Assembly: GCA_002269645.1 (NCBI GenBank)
Contig: NIVC01000952.1
Location: 1-64,000, forward strand
Direction of reading: 5' to 3'
DNA from: Macrostomum lignano
Taxonomy: Eukaryota
Length of the DNA: 64,000 nt
The notes beneath the pieces were generated by a model that ran no database searches, was not told the origin of the DNA, and saw only the letters and a list, made by a program, of their open reading frames with translations. The number at the start of each line of letters is the position of its first letter. Positions within the stretch are counted from its first letter, which is position 1. This document shows, in pieces, positions 47,194 to 64,000 of this stretch. Made by a program: the position numbers and the translations under genes.

Positions 47194-47798
47194 AGTCCAA
47201 GCGCAAGCAGGCGAAGCGGTTCGCCGCGGTGAAGCGCATGATCAGCCTTAACGATGGCCGGATCCGCAAGCGCGACCGGGACAAGCCGGCCGGCAAGAAG
47301 CGGAAGCCAGCCGAGACCAACAGCGACCCGCTGCCTGTTCGGCACAAGACCGCAGTCAGTTCCGCAATGTTTCTGCACTACAACACCCAGATTGGGCCGC
47401 CCTATCACATCCTGCTGGACACCAACTACGTCAACTTTGCTATTAAGAATCGCTTGGACGTGTTTCAGTCGGCCATGGACTGCCTGTACGGCAAGTGCGT
47501 CCTGTACGTCACCGACTGCGTGTTGGCCGAGATGGAGAAGATGGGCGAGAAGTACCGGGTGGCCTTGAAGATTCTGCACGATCCCCGGGTGCGCCGGCTG
47601 TCCTGCCTGCACAAGGGCACTTACGCTGACGACTGTCTGGTTCGCCGCGTCACCGATCACAAATTCTACATTGTGGCCACCTGCGATCGCGACCTGCGCA
47701 GGCGACTCCGCCGGGTGCCCGGCGTGCCCATCATGTACGTGCACGCCAGGCGGGTCACGGTCGAGCGGATGCCGGACGCGCTGGGTGCTCCGCGTTGA
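47194..47798 (+). CDS. FCF1: FCF1/UTP24 PIN-domain rRNA-processing nuclease (main exon)
   Basis: KRMISLND...YNTQIGPPYHILLDTNYVNF...TDCVLAEMEK...CLHKGTYADDCLV...IVATCDRDLRRRLRRVPGVPIMY...ERMPDALGAPR matches the known FCF1 family. Probable phase-0 acceptor ccctcag|TCC; the initiator exon was not located. Confidence 0.93.
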
Positions 47799-47859
47799 AC
47801 TGCTTGATTGACTGATTGATTGATCCGTTGAGCGACACGTTGAGTTTTGAATTCGGTAT

Positions 47860-48330
47860 TGAAATTTGCGAAAATGGTAGATTCGGTAGTAAAATGGCAG
47901 ATTCGGCAGTAAAGTTAACAGATTTGAGTGTCAAATTAACATTATGTAGAAAAATGGCAGATTCGGTAGTAAAATAGGCAGATTCGGGTGTAAACTGAAA
48001 GATTCGGTAGTAAAGCTGGTAGATTCTGTAGAAAATGGCAGATTCAGTAGTATAATTAGCAGATTTGGGTGTCAAATTAACAGAATCTGTAGAACAATGG
48101 CAGATTCGGCAGTAAAGTTGGTAAAATCAGTAGTAAAATAGGCAGATTCGGGTGTAAAACTGGAAGATTCGGTAGTACATGTAAAGCTGGTAGATTCGGT
48201 AGAAAAGTGGCAGATTCGGGTGTCATAACGCAATCTGTAGAAAAATGGCAGATTCGGTAGTAAAATAGGCAGATTCGGGTGTAAACTGAAAGATTCGGTA
48301 GTAAGGCTGGTAGATTTAAAAAAATCGGCA
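47860..48330. repeat. Degenerate GGCAGATTCGGTAGTAAA repeats
   Basis: Recurrent core with ~60-bp higher-order blocks. Confidence 0.8.
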
Positions 48331-48584
48331 GAATTGGTAGTAGTAAAAAAACAGTTAATATGGTAGTAATTTCCGTTGTCAATGCTGATTGTAAATATAA
48401 CTCATATAAATATAAGTTTGATAAGCAAACCCGCTTGTCCAGTGCAACCATTTTCAGTTATGGTCTCTTGGAATTTCAAGTTTCATTCTCTCTGCGTATG
48501 CAGAACGTGTGCTTTTTGGAAAATTGAATAATTTGGAAACTCCTGTCTCAGGAGTTTCCAAATTAGCAAGTTTAGCAGTTTGCT

Positions 48585-49190
48585 TTGGCAGATTCTGTGT
48601 CAGTTAGATTTGGCAGATTCTGTTTCAGTTAGATTTGGCAGATTCTGTGTCAGAATTGGCAGATTATGTGTCAGAATTGGCAGATTCTGTGTCAGAATTG
48701 GCAGATTCTGTGTCAGAATTGGCAGATTATGTGTCAGTTAGATTTGGCAGATTCTGTGTCAGTTAGATTTGGCAGATTCTGTTTCAGTTAGATTTGGCAG
48801 ATTCTGTGTCAGTTAGATTTTGCAGATTCTGTTTCAGATTTGGCAGATTCTGTGTCAGATTTGGCAGATTCTGTGTCAGTTAGATTTTGCAGATTCTGTG
48901 TCAGATTTGGCAGATTCTGTGTCAGATTTGGCAGATTCTGTGTCAGATTTGGCAGATTCTGTGTCAGATTTGGCAGATTCTGTGTCAGATTTGGCAGATT
49001 CTGTGTCAGATTTGGCAGATTCTGTGTCAGATTTGGCAGATTCTGTGTCAGATTTGGCAGATTCTGTGTCAGATTTGGCAGATTCTGTGTCAGTTAGATT
49101 TGGCAGATTCTGTGTCAGATTTGGTAGATTCTGTGTCAGTTGGATTTGGCAGATTCTGTGTCAGTTAGATTTGGCAGATTCTGTGTCAAT
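48585..49190. repeat. 21/26-bp minisatellite (CAGATTTGGCAGATTCTGTGT)
   Basis: Tandem copies. Confidence 0.95.
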
Positions 49191-49269
49191 TGAATTATCA
49201 ATGGAAGATTCTGCTTCAGGATCAGCAGATGCTCAAAACATACAATGAACAAAAACTTCTGCTTTCAGG

Positions 49270-50539
49270 AGCTCCTTGACGACCTGCCGTGTCTGAACCT
49301 GCCCGTTCCTCTGCTGGGCCTGTCCAAAGCTGCTGACGCCGCTGCCACCCCGCCCTGTAAGCGCGGACGCCAGCGCGATCGGGAGCTGCTGCGCCGCCTG
49401 CCCGGCCGTCGGTCGCGTCAGTCTAGCGGCGATGCGTGCGCCGCGGCAGCGAAACTGATGGCCGACGAGCCGCCGCCCTGGTGGATGCGCGATATCGGCG
49501 CCGTGGTGACGACTCCTGCTGGCAAGAACGATGAAGATCCAGTGCTGCTGGACGAGAGCTTTTGTCCGATTAAGAGAAAGTGAGTAGCTTTTTTTCTTTA
49601 GTATATTCTGCAGTAGATTCTATGCTAGATTGGTAGATTCTATGGTAGATAGGTAGATTCTTTGGTAGATTGGTAGAATCGATTCTATGGTATAATAGAT
49701 TGGTAGATTATTAGATTCGATGGTAAATTTGTAGATTCTATGGTAGATTGGTAGATTCTATGGTAGATTGGTAGATTCTGTGGTATAATAGATTGGTAGA
49801 TTCTATGATAGATAGGTAGATTCTATGGTAAATTGATAGATTCTATGGTAGATTGGTAGATTCTATGGTAGATTGGTAGATTCTATGGTAAATTGATAGA
49901 TTCTATGGTAAATTGGTAGATTATATGGTAAATTGGTAGATTCTATGGAAGATAGGTAGATTATTTGCTAGATTGGTAGATTATATGGTAGATAGGTAGA
50001 TTTTATGGTAGATTGGTAGATTCTATGGTAGATTGGTAGATTCTATGGTGCATTGGATATATTGGTAGATTCTGTGGTAGATTACTTAGTGGACATCTCG
50101 AAAAGGTAGGTTGGAAGATTCTATGACGGGTTAATTGGTAGAAGACTGAATTAATTTCGATGCTCAATTGTCATTCATCCTTGCTCTACGAGTACCATAA
50201 TCTACTTTTTCCTTACATCAGTCAGTAGTGTGCAACGCATTTTACATTCGAATTTCTACTTGCTCTCTCGCCCAGACCGGCCCCCGAGACGCCGAAGGCT
50301 CCGCTGTCTGAGAAAAATTCTCGGCGTAAGAAAAAGGTTGCCGCGGTCAGGGCCGAAGCCAAGGTCAAGGCCGAGCCAGGGGCCAAGGCCAAGCGGGGGG
50401 TCAAGGCCGAGCCGGGGGTCAAGGCCAATCGGAGTGTCAAGGCCGAGCCGGGGGTCAAGGCTGAGGACAAGGAAAATTCCGGCAATAATCGCCGAGTGTC
50501 ACTTCGGCTGGCCCTGGCCAACAGTCTTCAAAATTATTG
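49270..50539 (+). CDS. Unknown basic protein with VKAEP repeats and KEN motif (2 visible exons, 5' end uncertain)
   Basis: Exon about 49270-49580 (tttcag|GAG ... AGAAA|gtgagt) joins in phase to exon about 50275-50539 (cgcccag|A CCG GCC). The product reads ...PIKRKPAPETPK...VKAEPG x3...DKENSGNNRRVSLRLALANSLQNY*. GC-rich coding-like composition. Confidence 0.6.
49610..50080. repeat. 20-bp minisatellite (TAGATTGGTAGATTCTATGG)
   Basis: Intronic tandem copies. Confidence 0.92.
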
Positions 50540-50984
50540 AGGGAATCGATTTTTTATTTGCTTTTTTACGTCAGTGACTGTCGATGTACTTTTATTTTTA
50601 ATCTCGGTCGCTGTTGATTTTTAACAACTTTATCAATAATTTGTCATCTTGATCAGTCTCTCCTTTCGCCGCTTTTATTACTTTATTAATAATAATTTTC
50701 GATTTTCTGCATTTTAGTAATCGATGCTTTTTATGGACAGTGTTACTACTGTCAGTAATATTTTCGTTCAATTGCTGATCTGCTGTGTGGAACTAAATAA
50801 AACTAAGTTACTTTCGATACATATCGGTCAGACAAGACTGGTTTCCAACTTGTTTATAGTTTGTTTAGAAAATGAAGCTCTGGAAACTTGGTACTGTGTG
50901 TAATTTACATGATTACATTGCATGGTGTACTTGTATTGTAATAAATCATTTGCAACTGCAACGTTTACTTGAGATTTGCTAGAT

Positions 50985-51830
50985 TTCACAAACATTTCAC
51001 AAAATCCAGATTGGCGCCACATTTCACAAAATCTAGATTGGCGCCACATTTCACAAAATCCAGATTGGCGCCACATTTCACAAAATCCAGATTGGCGCCA
51101 CATTTCACAAAATCCAGATTGGCGCCAAATTTTACAAAATCCAGATTGGCGCTAAATTTTACAAAATCAAGATCGGCACTTAATTTTACAAAATCCAGAT
51201 TGGCGCCACATTTTAAAAAATCCAGATTAGCGCCACATTTTACAAAATCCAGATTGGCGCAAAATTTTACAAAATCCAGATTGGCGCTAAATTTTACAAA
51301 ATCCAGATTGGCGCCACATTTTACAAAATCCAGATTGGCGCCACATTTTACAAAATCCAGATTGGCGCCACATTTTACAAAATCCAGATTGGCGCCACAT
51401 TTTACAAAATCCAGATTGGCGCCACATTTTAAAAAATCCAGATTAGCGCCACATTTTACAAAATCCAGATTGGCGCTAAATTTTACAAAATCCAGATTGG
51501 CGCCACATTTTACAAAATCCAGATTGGCGCCACATTTTACAAAATCCAGATTGGCGCCACATTTTACAAAATCCAGATTGGCGCCACATTTTACAAAATC
51601 CAGATTGGCGCCACATTTTACAAAATCCAGATTGGCGCCACATTCTACAAAATCCAGATTGGCGCCACATTTTACAAAATCCAGATTGGCGCCACATTTT
51701 ACAAAATCCAGATTGGCGCCACATTTTACAAAATCCAGATTGGCGCCACATTTTACAAAATCTAGATTGGCGCCACATTTTACAAAATCCAGATTGGCGC
51801 CACTTTTACAAAATCAAGATTGGCGCCATG
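50985..51830. repeat. 27-bp minisatellite (CACATTTTACAAAATCCAGATTGGCGC)
   Basis: About 31 copies. Confidence 0.96.
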
Positions 51831-51881
51831 TCTACATACCGGATTCAGATACAGGTAAAGCTACAGATCAGATAAAATAAT

Positions 51882-54841
51882 TCATTTATCAGCTTCTGCA
51901 ACATCAGATTGTTGCTGCTTCTGCTGAACGCGGACCATCTGGGCGGTGAGCAGGCACATCTCGCCGCCGCTGTCTCTGGTATCGTGAGCGGCCAGGTACA
52001 ACAGGTCCAGCCACCGGTGAGTGGCCAGGTGTCTGGGCAGGCACAGGCCCAGCGGAGCCAGAGGGATTCGCTGCACCAGGCTGAAGCTGGCGGCAGGATG
52101 AGGCAGGCAGCTGGACTCGGGCAGCGGGGCCGCAGGTCGGTAGCGATAGACACTCAGGCAGTTGGCCGCCTGGTCTGCCAGCAGGACGGCGCCCCAGTGG
52201 ACGCAGAGGCCGCCCCAGCGGCGAATTGGCGAGCGGCTTCTGGCAAATTCCGTGACCGCCGACGGCTGCGGGCTGGTTGTGGTTGTCTGCGAATGATTTT
52301 TGCTGCTGGGTGATTTGTCATGTTGGATATTATTGTGCATATTTCTATATTGTCCGTGTAGGTGGGTACACGTCTGATAGTGGGTAGAAGCCTAAGGGAC
52401 TGAGAGGGTAGAAGCCTGGTAGACTGAGAGGGTAGAAGCTTGGTAGACTGAGAGGGTAGAAGCCTGGTACACTGAGAGGGTAGAAGCCTGGTAGACTGAC
52501 AGGGTAGAAGCTTGGTAGACTGAGAGGGTAGAAGCCTGGTACACTGAGAGGGTAGAAGCCTGGTAGACTGAGAGGGTAGAAGCCTGGTAGACTGAGAGGG
52601 TAGAAGCCTGGTAGACTGAGAGGGTAGAAGCCTGGTACACTGAGAGGGTAGAAGCCTGGTAGACTGAGAGGGTAGAAGCCTGGTAGACTGAGAGGGTAGA
52701 AGCTTGGTAGACTGAGAGGGTAGAAGCCTGGTAGACTGAGAGGGTAGAAGCCTGGTAGACTGAGGGTAGAAGCCTGGTAGACTGAGAGGGTAGAAGCCTG
52801 GTAGACTGAGAGGGTAGAAGCCTGGTAGACTGAGGGTAGAAGCCTGGTAGACTGAGAGGGTAGAAGCCTGGTACACTGAGAGGGTAGAAGCCTGGTAGAC
52901 TGAGGGTAGAAGCCTGGTAGACTGAGAGGGTAGAAGCCTGGTAGACTGAGAGGGTAGAAGCCTGGTATACTGAGAGGGTAGAAGCCTGGTAGACTGAGAG
53001 GGTAGAAGCCTGGTATACTGAGAGGGTAGAAGCCTGGTAGACTGAGAGGGTAGAAGCCTGGTAGACTGAGAGGGTAGAAGCCTGGTAGACTGAGAGGCTA
53101 CATGTACATGCAAATCAGTCAGCACCCGTCAGCACTGTGCCGAGCCGTCAGCAGGTCGAATGCCAGCACGCCGCGCTCGTGCGCCACCAGCAGCAGCCGC
53201 ACCGCAAAGTGCGGATCGGCCAGCACGGTCACGTGACTCGGCCGGAGCAGCCGCGGATGCCGCAGTTCGGCCAGCGGCGCCAAGGTGGGCAGCGCCAGCC
53301 GCTGCAGGCGGTGGTTGAGCTGGTCGGCCACCCAGACGCTGTCGGCGTCCACGGCGCAGCCGGCGGGCCGGTTGAACTGGCCGAGCCGGGAGCCCGGCGG
53401 GCCGCAGCACCTGGACAGCACCGGCTGGCTGCCAGCCCCGGCCAGCGCCTGCAGCAGAAAGACGCCGTGGATGGCGGGGCCGGCGCCTGCGCACACCAGC
53501 TGGCCGGGGGCGTCCCGGCCGCGGCTGGCCAGGCCGAGCGGGCCGCGGTGCTCCAGTCCGGCCGGCCGGTAGTGCCGGGTGTGGCGCTGCTGCTGCTGGT
53601 GCCGCGAACTGGAGGTCGTCGGGTGCAGCTGCGTCACAGCGTAGGCCTCCTGGCCGCCTGCGGCGCAATGGGTGTCCGTGATTTGTAGATTGTGGTAGAC
53701 TGACATCATTCTGGAGAAACTGACATTATTCTGGAGAAACTGACATCATTCTGAGGAAACTGACATTATTCTGATGAGACCGACATCATTCTGGAGAAAC
53801 TGACATCATTCTGGAGAAACTGACACCATTCTGAGGAAACTGACACCATTCTGAGGAAACTGACATCATTCTGAGGAAACTGACACCATTCTGAGGAAAC
53901 TGACATCATTCTGAGAAAACTGACATCATTCTGGAGAAACTGACATTATTCTGGAGAAACTGACATCATTCTGAGGAAACTGACATTATTCTGGAGAAAC
54001 TGACACCATTCTGAGGAAACTGACATCATTCTGAGGAAACTGACACCATTCTGAGGAAACTGACATCATTCTGAGGAAACTGACACCATTCTGAGGAAAC
54101 TGACACCATTCTGAGGAAACTGACATCATTCTGATGAGACTGACACCATTCTGAGGAAACTGACACCATTCTGAGGAAACTGACATCATTCTGAGGAAAC
54201 TGACATCATTCTGATGAGACTGACATCATTCTGAGGAAACTGACACCATTCTGAGGAAACTGACATCATTCTGAGGAAACTGACACCATTCTGAGGAAAC
54301 TGACACCATTCTGAGGAAACTGACATCATTCTGATGAGACTGACATCATTCTGAGGAAACTGACATCATTCTGAGGATACTGACAGCATTCTGAGGAAAC
54401 TCACACCCTTCTCAAGACTGCATAAACTGTGCTCAGATGCGCAGCTCCAGTCCCAGTCCCCCCAGACCGCAGCTCACCAGTGCCAGACAGTTTAGTGGTG
54501 ACCAGCAGCGCCTCGACCGTGGAGCTGAACGCCATGCCGGTCAGACTCACCGCCGCCGCTGCAGACGGGCCGCCCTTGCTGCCCTTCTGCTGCTTTCCAA
54601 TCTGCATCTTGTGCGGCAGCAGCAGGGTGAAGCACTTCTCATCCTCTTCTTCCTGTTCAGACTCCTCGTCCGATTCTTCATCGGCAGCTTTCCCAGCTTC
54701 CTCGCCATCGTCGTCGCCGCTGACGAGCTCTTCGTCCTCTCCTCGATCCAGCCTCTGCGCCTCATCGTCAGCCAGCAGCAGCAGCTCCTGCCGACTAGAC
54801 TGAGCCGGCTGATTTGGCAGCAGCTCAGCCTCCGCCTGCAT
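51882..54841 (-). CDS. NHL-repeat (beta-propeller) protein with acidic N-terminus, at least 3 exons
   Basis: GQFNRPAGCAVDADSVWVADQLNHRLQ is a canonical NHL repeat, and LLADQAANCLSVY is a second one. Junction 54478|53657 is in phase (ACTG|gtgagc..ccgcag|GC). The junction to the last exon (about 52270-51882) and the start are uncertain. Confidence 0.7.
52380..53095. repeat. 22/24-bp minisatellite (GAGGGTAGAAGCCTGGTAGACTGA)
   Basis: About 30 copies, in an NHL gene intron. Confidence 0.96.
53700..54400. repeat. 20-bp minisatellite (TGACATCATTCTGAGGAAAC)
   Basis: About 35 copies, in an NHL gene intron. Confidence 0.96.
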
Positions 54842-55364
54842 ATCTTCTTCGCCGGTTGTTTTTGCCTCATCAAACTGAGCTCAAAACTCATCGCCGTTTT
54901 AATAGAGCAGGCCAGCCCTGGTCACCCCATTACAGACTCTCTCTCTGCCTGCTCACCTCAGACCGCAGATAAAAAAACAGAGATATTTCTGTAGCACAAT
55001 TCACGCAAACAATGCTGGGTCTGATACACTAATAGCGCTCTCTCTCCACCCTCAGTCCGAACCTAGACCGCACCCGAAAGATCGCAACTAAAGATTATGC
55101 ACCCGACAGCCTGACTGTCGGTCTCTTAAAGCTGCACTATCAGGCTTTCCAGCAGAATTATAAATACATTATGAGCAACGATAAAACTTTTAAAAACTTA
55201 GGAAAACTGAAAAAGCACCAGCAATGATTGGCAGGTGGACTTGTTGCTGGAATCCAAAGACTGCTGGGCAGCAGAGTTGCATACGGGCGAGTTCGCTTCT
55301 AGACTGCATGCAGTAAATACTGTGTTGTAGTACAAATGCTATGACTCACTTTCTACCTTCTAGC

Positions 55365-56345
55365 TGACACCCAAGCATCTCGCGTCTGACACCCAAGCAT
55401 CTCGCATCTGACACCCAAATATCTCGCATCTGACACCCAAGCATCTCCGATCTGACACCCATGCATCTCCGAGCTGACACCCAAATATCTCGCATCTGAC
55501 ACCCAAGCATCTCGCATCTGACACCCAAGCATCTCCGATCTGACACCCCAAGCATCTCGCATCTGACACCCAAGCATCTCCGATCTGACACCCATGCATC
55601 TCCGATCTGACACCCAAGCATCTCGCATCTGACACCCAAGCATCTCCGATCTGACACCCAAGCATCTCGCATCTGACACCCAAATATCTCGCATCTGACA
55701 CCCAAGCATCTCGCATCTGACACCCAAGCATCTCGCATCTGACACCCAAGCATCTCGCATCTGACACCCAAGCATCTCGCATCTGACACCCAAGCATCTC
55801 GCATCTGACACCCAAGCATCTCGCATCTGACACCCAGGCATCTCGCATCTGACACCCAAGCATATCCGATCTGACACCCAAGCATCCCGCATCTGACACC
55901 CAAGCATCTCCGATCTGACACCCAAGCATCTCGCATCTGACACCCAAATATCTCGCATCTGACACCCAAGAATCTCGCATCTGACACCCAAGCATCTCGC
56001 ATCTGACACCAAACATCTCGCATCTGACACCCAAGCATCTCGCATCTGACACCCAAGCATCTCCGATCTGACACCCAAGCATCTCGCATCTGACACCCAA
56101 ATATCTCGCATCTGACACCCAAGAATCTCGCATCTGATACCCAAGCATCTCGCATCTGACACCCCAAGCATCTCGCATCTGACACCCAAGCATCTCGCAT
56201 CTGACACCCAGGCATCTCGCATCTGACACCCAGGCATCTCGCATCTGACACCCAAGCATCTCGCATCTGACACCCAGGCATCTCGCATCTGACACCCAGG
56301 CATCTCGCATCTGACACCCAAGCATCTCCGATCTGACACCCAAGC
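55365..56345. repeat. 21/22-bp minisatellite (GCATCTCGCATCTGACACCCAA)
   Basis: About 45 copies. Confidence 0.96.
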
Positions 56346-58039
56346 AACACCCAAACGCAACTGAAACTCTTGAAAAAAGCAGAAGGCAACAAAGCCGCCA
56401 GTCAGGAAATTGCATTCAGTTGAATTTCACACGCATCGAGACAACGAAGGGTGGCGGCAGAGACGCTCGCATCAGAAATATGGATTGATTTATTTTTCAG
56501 TTAAATTATTAAAAACAGCACGGGTGAGGCATCAAGAAGTTTGCTATAATAATTGATAGAATCAGTGCTGATATAGAATCTTTGCAAAGCACAGGCAAGC
56601 AACAGGATTACAGGTGGAGAACTGCGATGGTCTGTGCGGCATCGCAGTTCCGATCTCGCATTGGCCGGAGGCGAACTCAAGTACATGTAGAAAGATGGGG
56701 AGGGCAGAGCTCGCTCACTGACAGCTGGTTCTGTGTGTACAACAGCTAACGGAGAAGGGCACGTGTGCTAACTATAATTAAATTAGATTTGGTGTACACA
56801 GGAGGTGTAAAACAAGAGCTGCAAAGCAGTGAACGCGCATCTATCGGTGCAAGAGATCCGGCATAATTTCGATTAAAACAAAAGCTCAACCGGTGCCTTA
56901 GCAACGGTAATTTATAGCGTCAACAAGCGCCGCTGGGCGAGCCTATAAAAAAGAATAAACTTGAACACAAAACTTTGCTAGCATTTTGACGAGGACACTA
57001 CTATAGAGCTATAAAGGTCAGTAGTATAGCCAAAATATTATTTATTAAATTTACTATACTACTAACAAAATCGATGAGTAGTAGGATATATATTAAAACA
57101 AATTTTAATTTAGTTCTCGCAGTGAGGAGAGGGAAATGAGCGAAGAAACAACACGCTGACAGAGCGGTTCCAATTTACAGTTCGGGGCAGCCAGCCAAAA
57201 AGTACTTTTTAATACTGCCGATGTACCGGCCCGCTATGATTGGCCAGGCTGAGGGGGGGGGCTTGCCGTCAGCTTTGTTCAACAGGTACCGCTAATTAAC
57301 AATAGAAGTGCAACAGAGACAGACGAGAGCGCCTACTGAACAGTAGTATAATTAGCATGGGATAGTGAGTAAGAAGCATAATTAATTGCATTTACACACA
57401 GGCGGAGGGGAAGTGCAGTCTGGGATCTGGGCACACTGGCTGATTGCAACTTGGGCTGCATGGTCAACAGATTGCCGAATTTTGTTGCTCATAAAAACAG
57501 ACTTTGCGACAGCCGGGCGTGCACTGGCTTCACCCGGCTAATCCTGAATCCTGGTTTCCCATAGACTGGAAGCCAGGGGCCGCACAGACTGCCGGATGAA
57601 AAAGTGCACATGTACCGGCAGACAGATATCTAAAACGAGCTGGTCCTCTAGAAAATAAAATATTCAATACAGTTAGCTGGCAGGACGCATCAGAAATCCT
57701 CAAGCGGCAGTCCCGCATAAATTCTCTATAACAGCCTATAGAACGGGTGCGCAATTATATTTTTAAAAATGATTTGCAAAAATCCAAGGGCAGGTTAGCT
57801 ACTAGTAGTAGTTGATAAGGACGCGTTAGTGCGCACGCGTTATCCTATATTGAAGCAGATTTAACAGAGAAGGAAAAAAACTAGAAAATTATTGAAAACG
57901 GGGAAATTTGAAGCAGTCAGAAGATTGCCAATTGGAGGGGAAACGGTTTGATCAGGGCAGGGACAGCTGACCTCGGCTCGGCTCGGGAGGCCAGGAAGGT
58001 GGATCTGCGAATGGCGTGGGGAAGCTGAGGCAAATAACT

Positions 58040-59685
58040 GCTGTCTGTAATCAGTGTGTTGTTGGTCTGTAATCAGTGTGTTGTTGGTCTGTAGTCAGTG
58101 TGTTGTTGATCTGTAGTCAGTGTGTTGTTGATCTGTAGTCAGTGTGTTGTTGGTCTGTAGTCAGTGTGTTGTTGGTCTGTAATCAGTGTGTTGTTGGTCT
58201 GTAGTCAGTGTGTTGTTGGTCTGTAATCAGTGTGTTGTTGGTCTGTAGTCAGTGTGTTGTTGGTCTGTAATCAGTGTGTTGTTGGTCTGTAGTCAGTGTG
58301 TTGTTGGTCTGTAATCAGTGTGTTTTCGGTCTGTAGTCAGTGTGTTGTTGATCTGTAGTCAGTGTGTTGTTGATCTGTAGTCAGTGTGTTGTTGGTCTGT
58401 AATCAGTGTGTTGTTGGTCTGTAGTCAGTGTGTTGTTGGTCTGTAATCAGTGTGTTGTTGGTCTGTAATCAGTGTGTTGTTGGTCTGTAGTCAGTGTGTT
58501 GTTGGTCTGTAATCAGTGTGTTGTTGGTCTGTAGTCAGTGTGTTGTTGGTCTGTAATCAGTGTGTTTTCGGTCTGTAGTCAGTGTGTTGTTGATCTGTAG
58601 TCAGTGTGTTGTTGATCTGTAGTCAGTGTGTTGTTGATCTGTAGTCAGTGTGTTGTTGATCTGTAGTCAGTGTGTTGTTGATCTGTAGTCAGTGTGTTTT
58701 CGGTCTGTAGTCAGTGTGTTGTTGATCTATAGTCAGTGTGTTGTTGATCTGTAGTCAGTGTGTTGTTTATCTGTAGTCAGTGTGTTGTTGATCTGTAGTC
58801 AGTGTGTTGGCAGTCTGTAATCAGTGTGTTGTTGGTCTGTAGTCAGTGTGTTGTTGGTCTGTAATCAGTGTGTTTTCGGTCTGTAGTCAGTGTGTTGTTG
58901 ATCTGTAGTCAGTGTGTTGTTGATCTGTAGTCAGTGTGTTGTTGATCTGTAGTCAGTGTGTTGTTGATCTGTAGTCAGTGTGTTGTTGATCTGTAGTCAG
59001 TGTGTTTTCGGTCTGTAGTCAGTGTGTTGTTGATCTATAGTCAGTGTGTTGTTGATCTGTAGTCAGTGTGTTGTTGATCTGTAGTCAGTGTGTTGTTGAT
59101 CTGTAGTCAGTGTGTTGTTGGTCTGTAGTCAGTGTGTTGGCAGTCTGTAATCAGTGTGTTGTTGATCTGTAGTCAGTGTGTTGTTGGTCTGTAGTCAGTG
59201 TGTTGTTGATCTGTAGTCAGTGTGTTGTTGATCTGTAGTCAGTGTGTTGTTGATCTGTAGTCAGTGTGTTGTTGATCTGTAGTCAGTGTGTTGTTGATCT
59301 GTAGTCAGTGTGTTTTCGGTCTGTAGTCAGTGTGTTGTTGATCTATAGTCAGTGTGTTGTTGATCTGTAGTCAGTGTGTTGTTGATCTGTAGTCAGTGTG
59401 TTGTTGATCTGTAGTCAGTGTGTTGTTGGTCTGTAGTCAGTGTGTTGGCAGTCTGTAATCAGTGTGTTGTTGATCTGTAGTCAGTGTGTTGTTGGTCTGT
59501 AGTCAGTGTGTTGGCAGTCTGTAATCAGTGTGTTGTTGGTCTGTAGTCAGTGTGTTGGCAGTCTGTAATCAGTGTGTTGTTGGTCTGTAGTCAGTGTGTT
59601 TTCGGTCTGTTGTCAGTGTGTTGTTGGTCTGTAGTCAGTGTGTTGTTGGTCTGTTGTCAGTGTGTTGATGGTCTGTAGTCAGTGT
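58040..59685. repeat. 22-bp minisatellite (CTGTAGTCAGTGTGTTGTTGrT)
   Basis: About 75 copies, starting just after the MARK stop codon. Confidence 0.97.
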
Positions 59686-59696
59686 ACTCACGATAA

Positions 59697-63988
<4,292 letters not shown>

Positions 63989-64000
63989 CTGAAATTATTT

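Noticed and set aside
50969-51880. 303-aa ORF of TKSRLAPHF repeats
   Set aside because: 27-bp minisatellite lying between two convergent gene ends; no non-repetitive domain or splice support.
55346-56415. Three ~340-aa Cys-rich repeat ORFs
   Set aside because: 21/22-bp satellite open in all three minus frames.

Overview
Eukaryotic (animal) genomic DNA with GC-rich exons and introns packed with minisatellites. The style resembles a Macrostomum-type flatworm, which is an inference only. From left to right: (1) a cluster of three atlastin-family GTPase paralogs at 1-6.6 kb, one nearly intact and ending in a CaaX box (CVMM) instead of the atlastin transmembrane hairpin; (2) a 9-exon Dachsous protocadherin on the minus strand (32710->7699, about 2968 aa after manual splicing); (3) an intronless ~640-aa orphan ORF nested antisense in Dachsous intron 1, with a second copy at 41.5-43.4 kb; (4) a 3-exon tail-anchored, KASH-like gene; (5) FCF1/UTP24; (6) a small gene with VKAEP (SUMO-consensus) repeats and a KEN motif; (7) an NHL-repeat gene; (8) the 3' part of a MARK/Par-1 kinase. 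Non-coding highlights are two ~1.8-kb CpG-void, TpA-rich islands, a 301-bp MITE with an 8-bp TSD carrying a degenerate 28S rRNA fragment (the R2/I-PpoI target region), a Tourist-like MITE, a foldback element and long hairpins. Most repetitive ORFs in the supplied track are minisatellite artefacts. All splice models, alignments and counts were done by eye.
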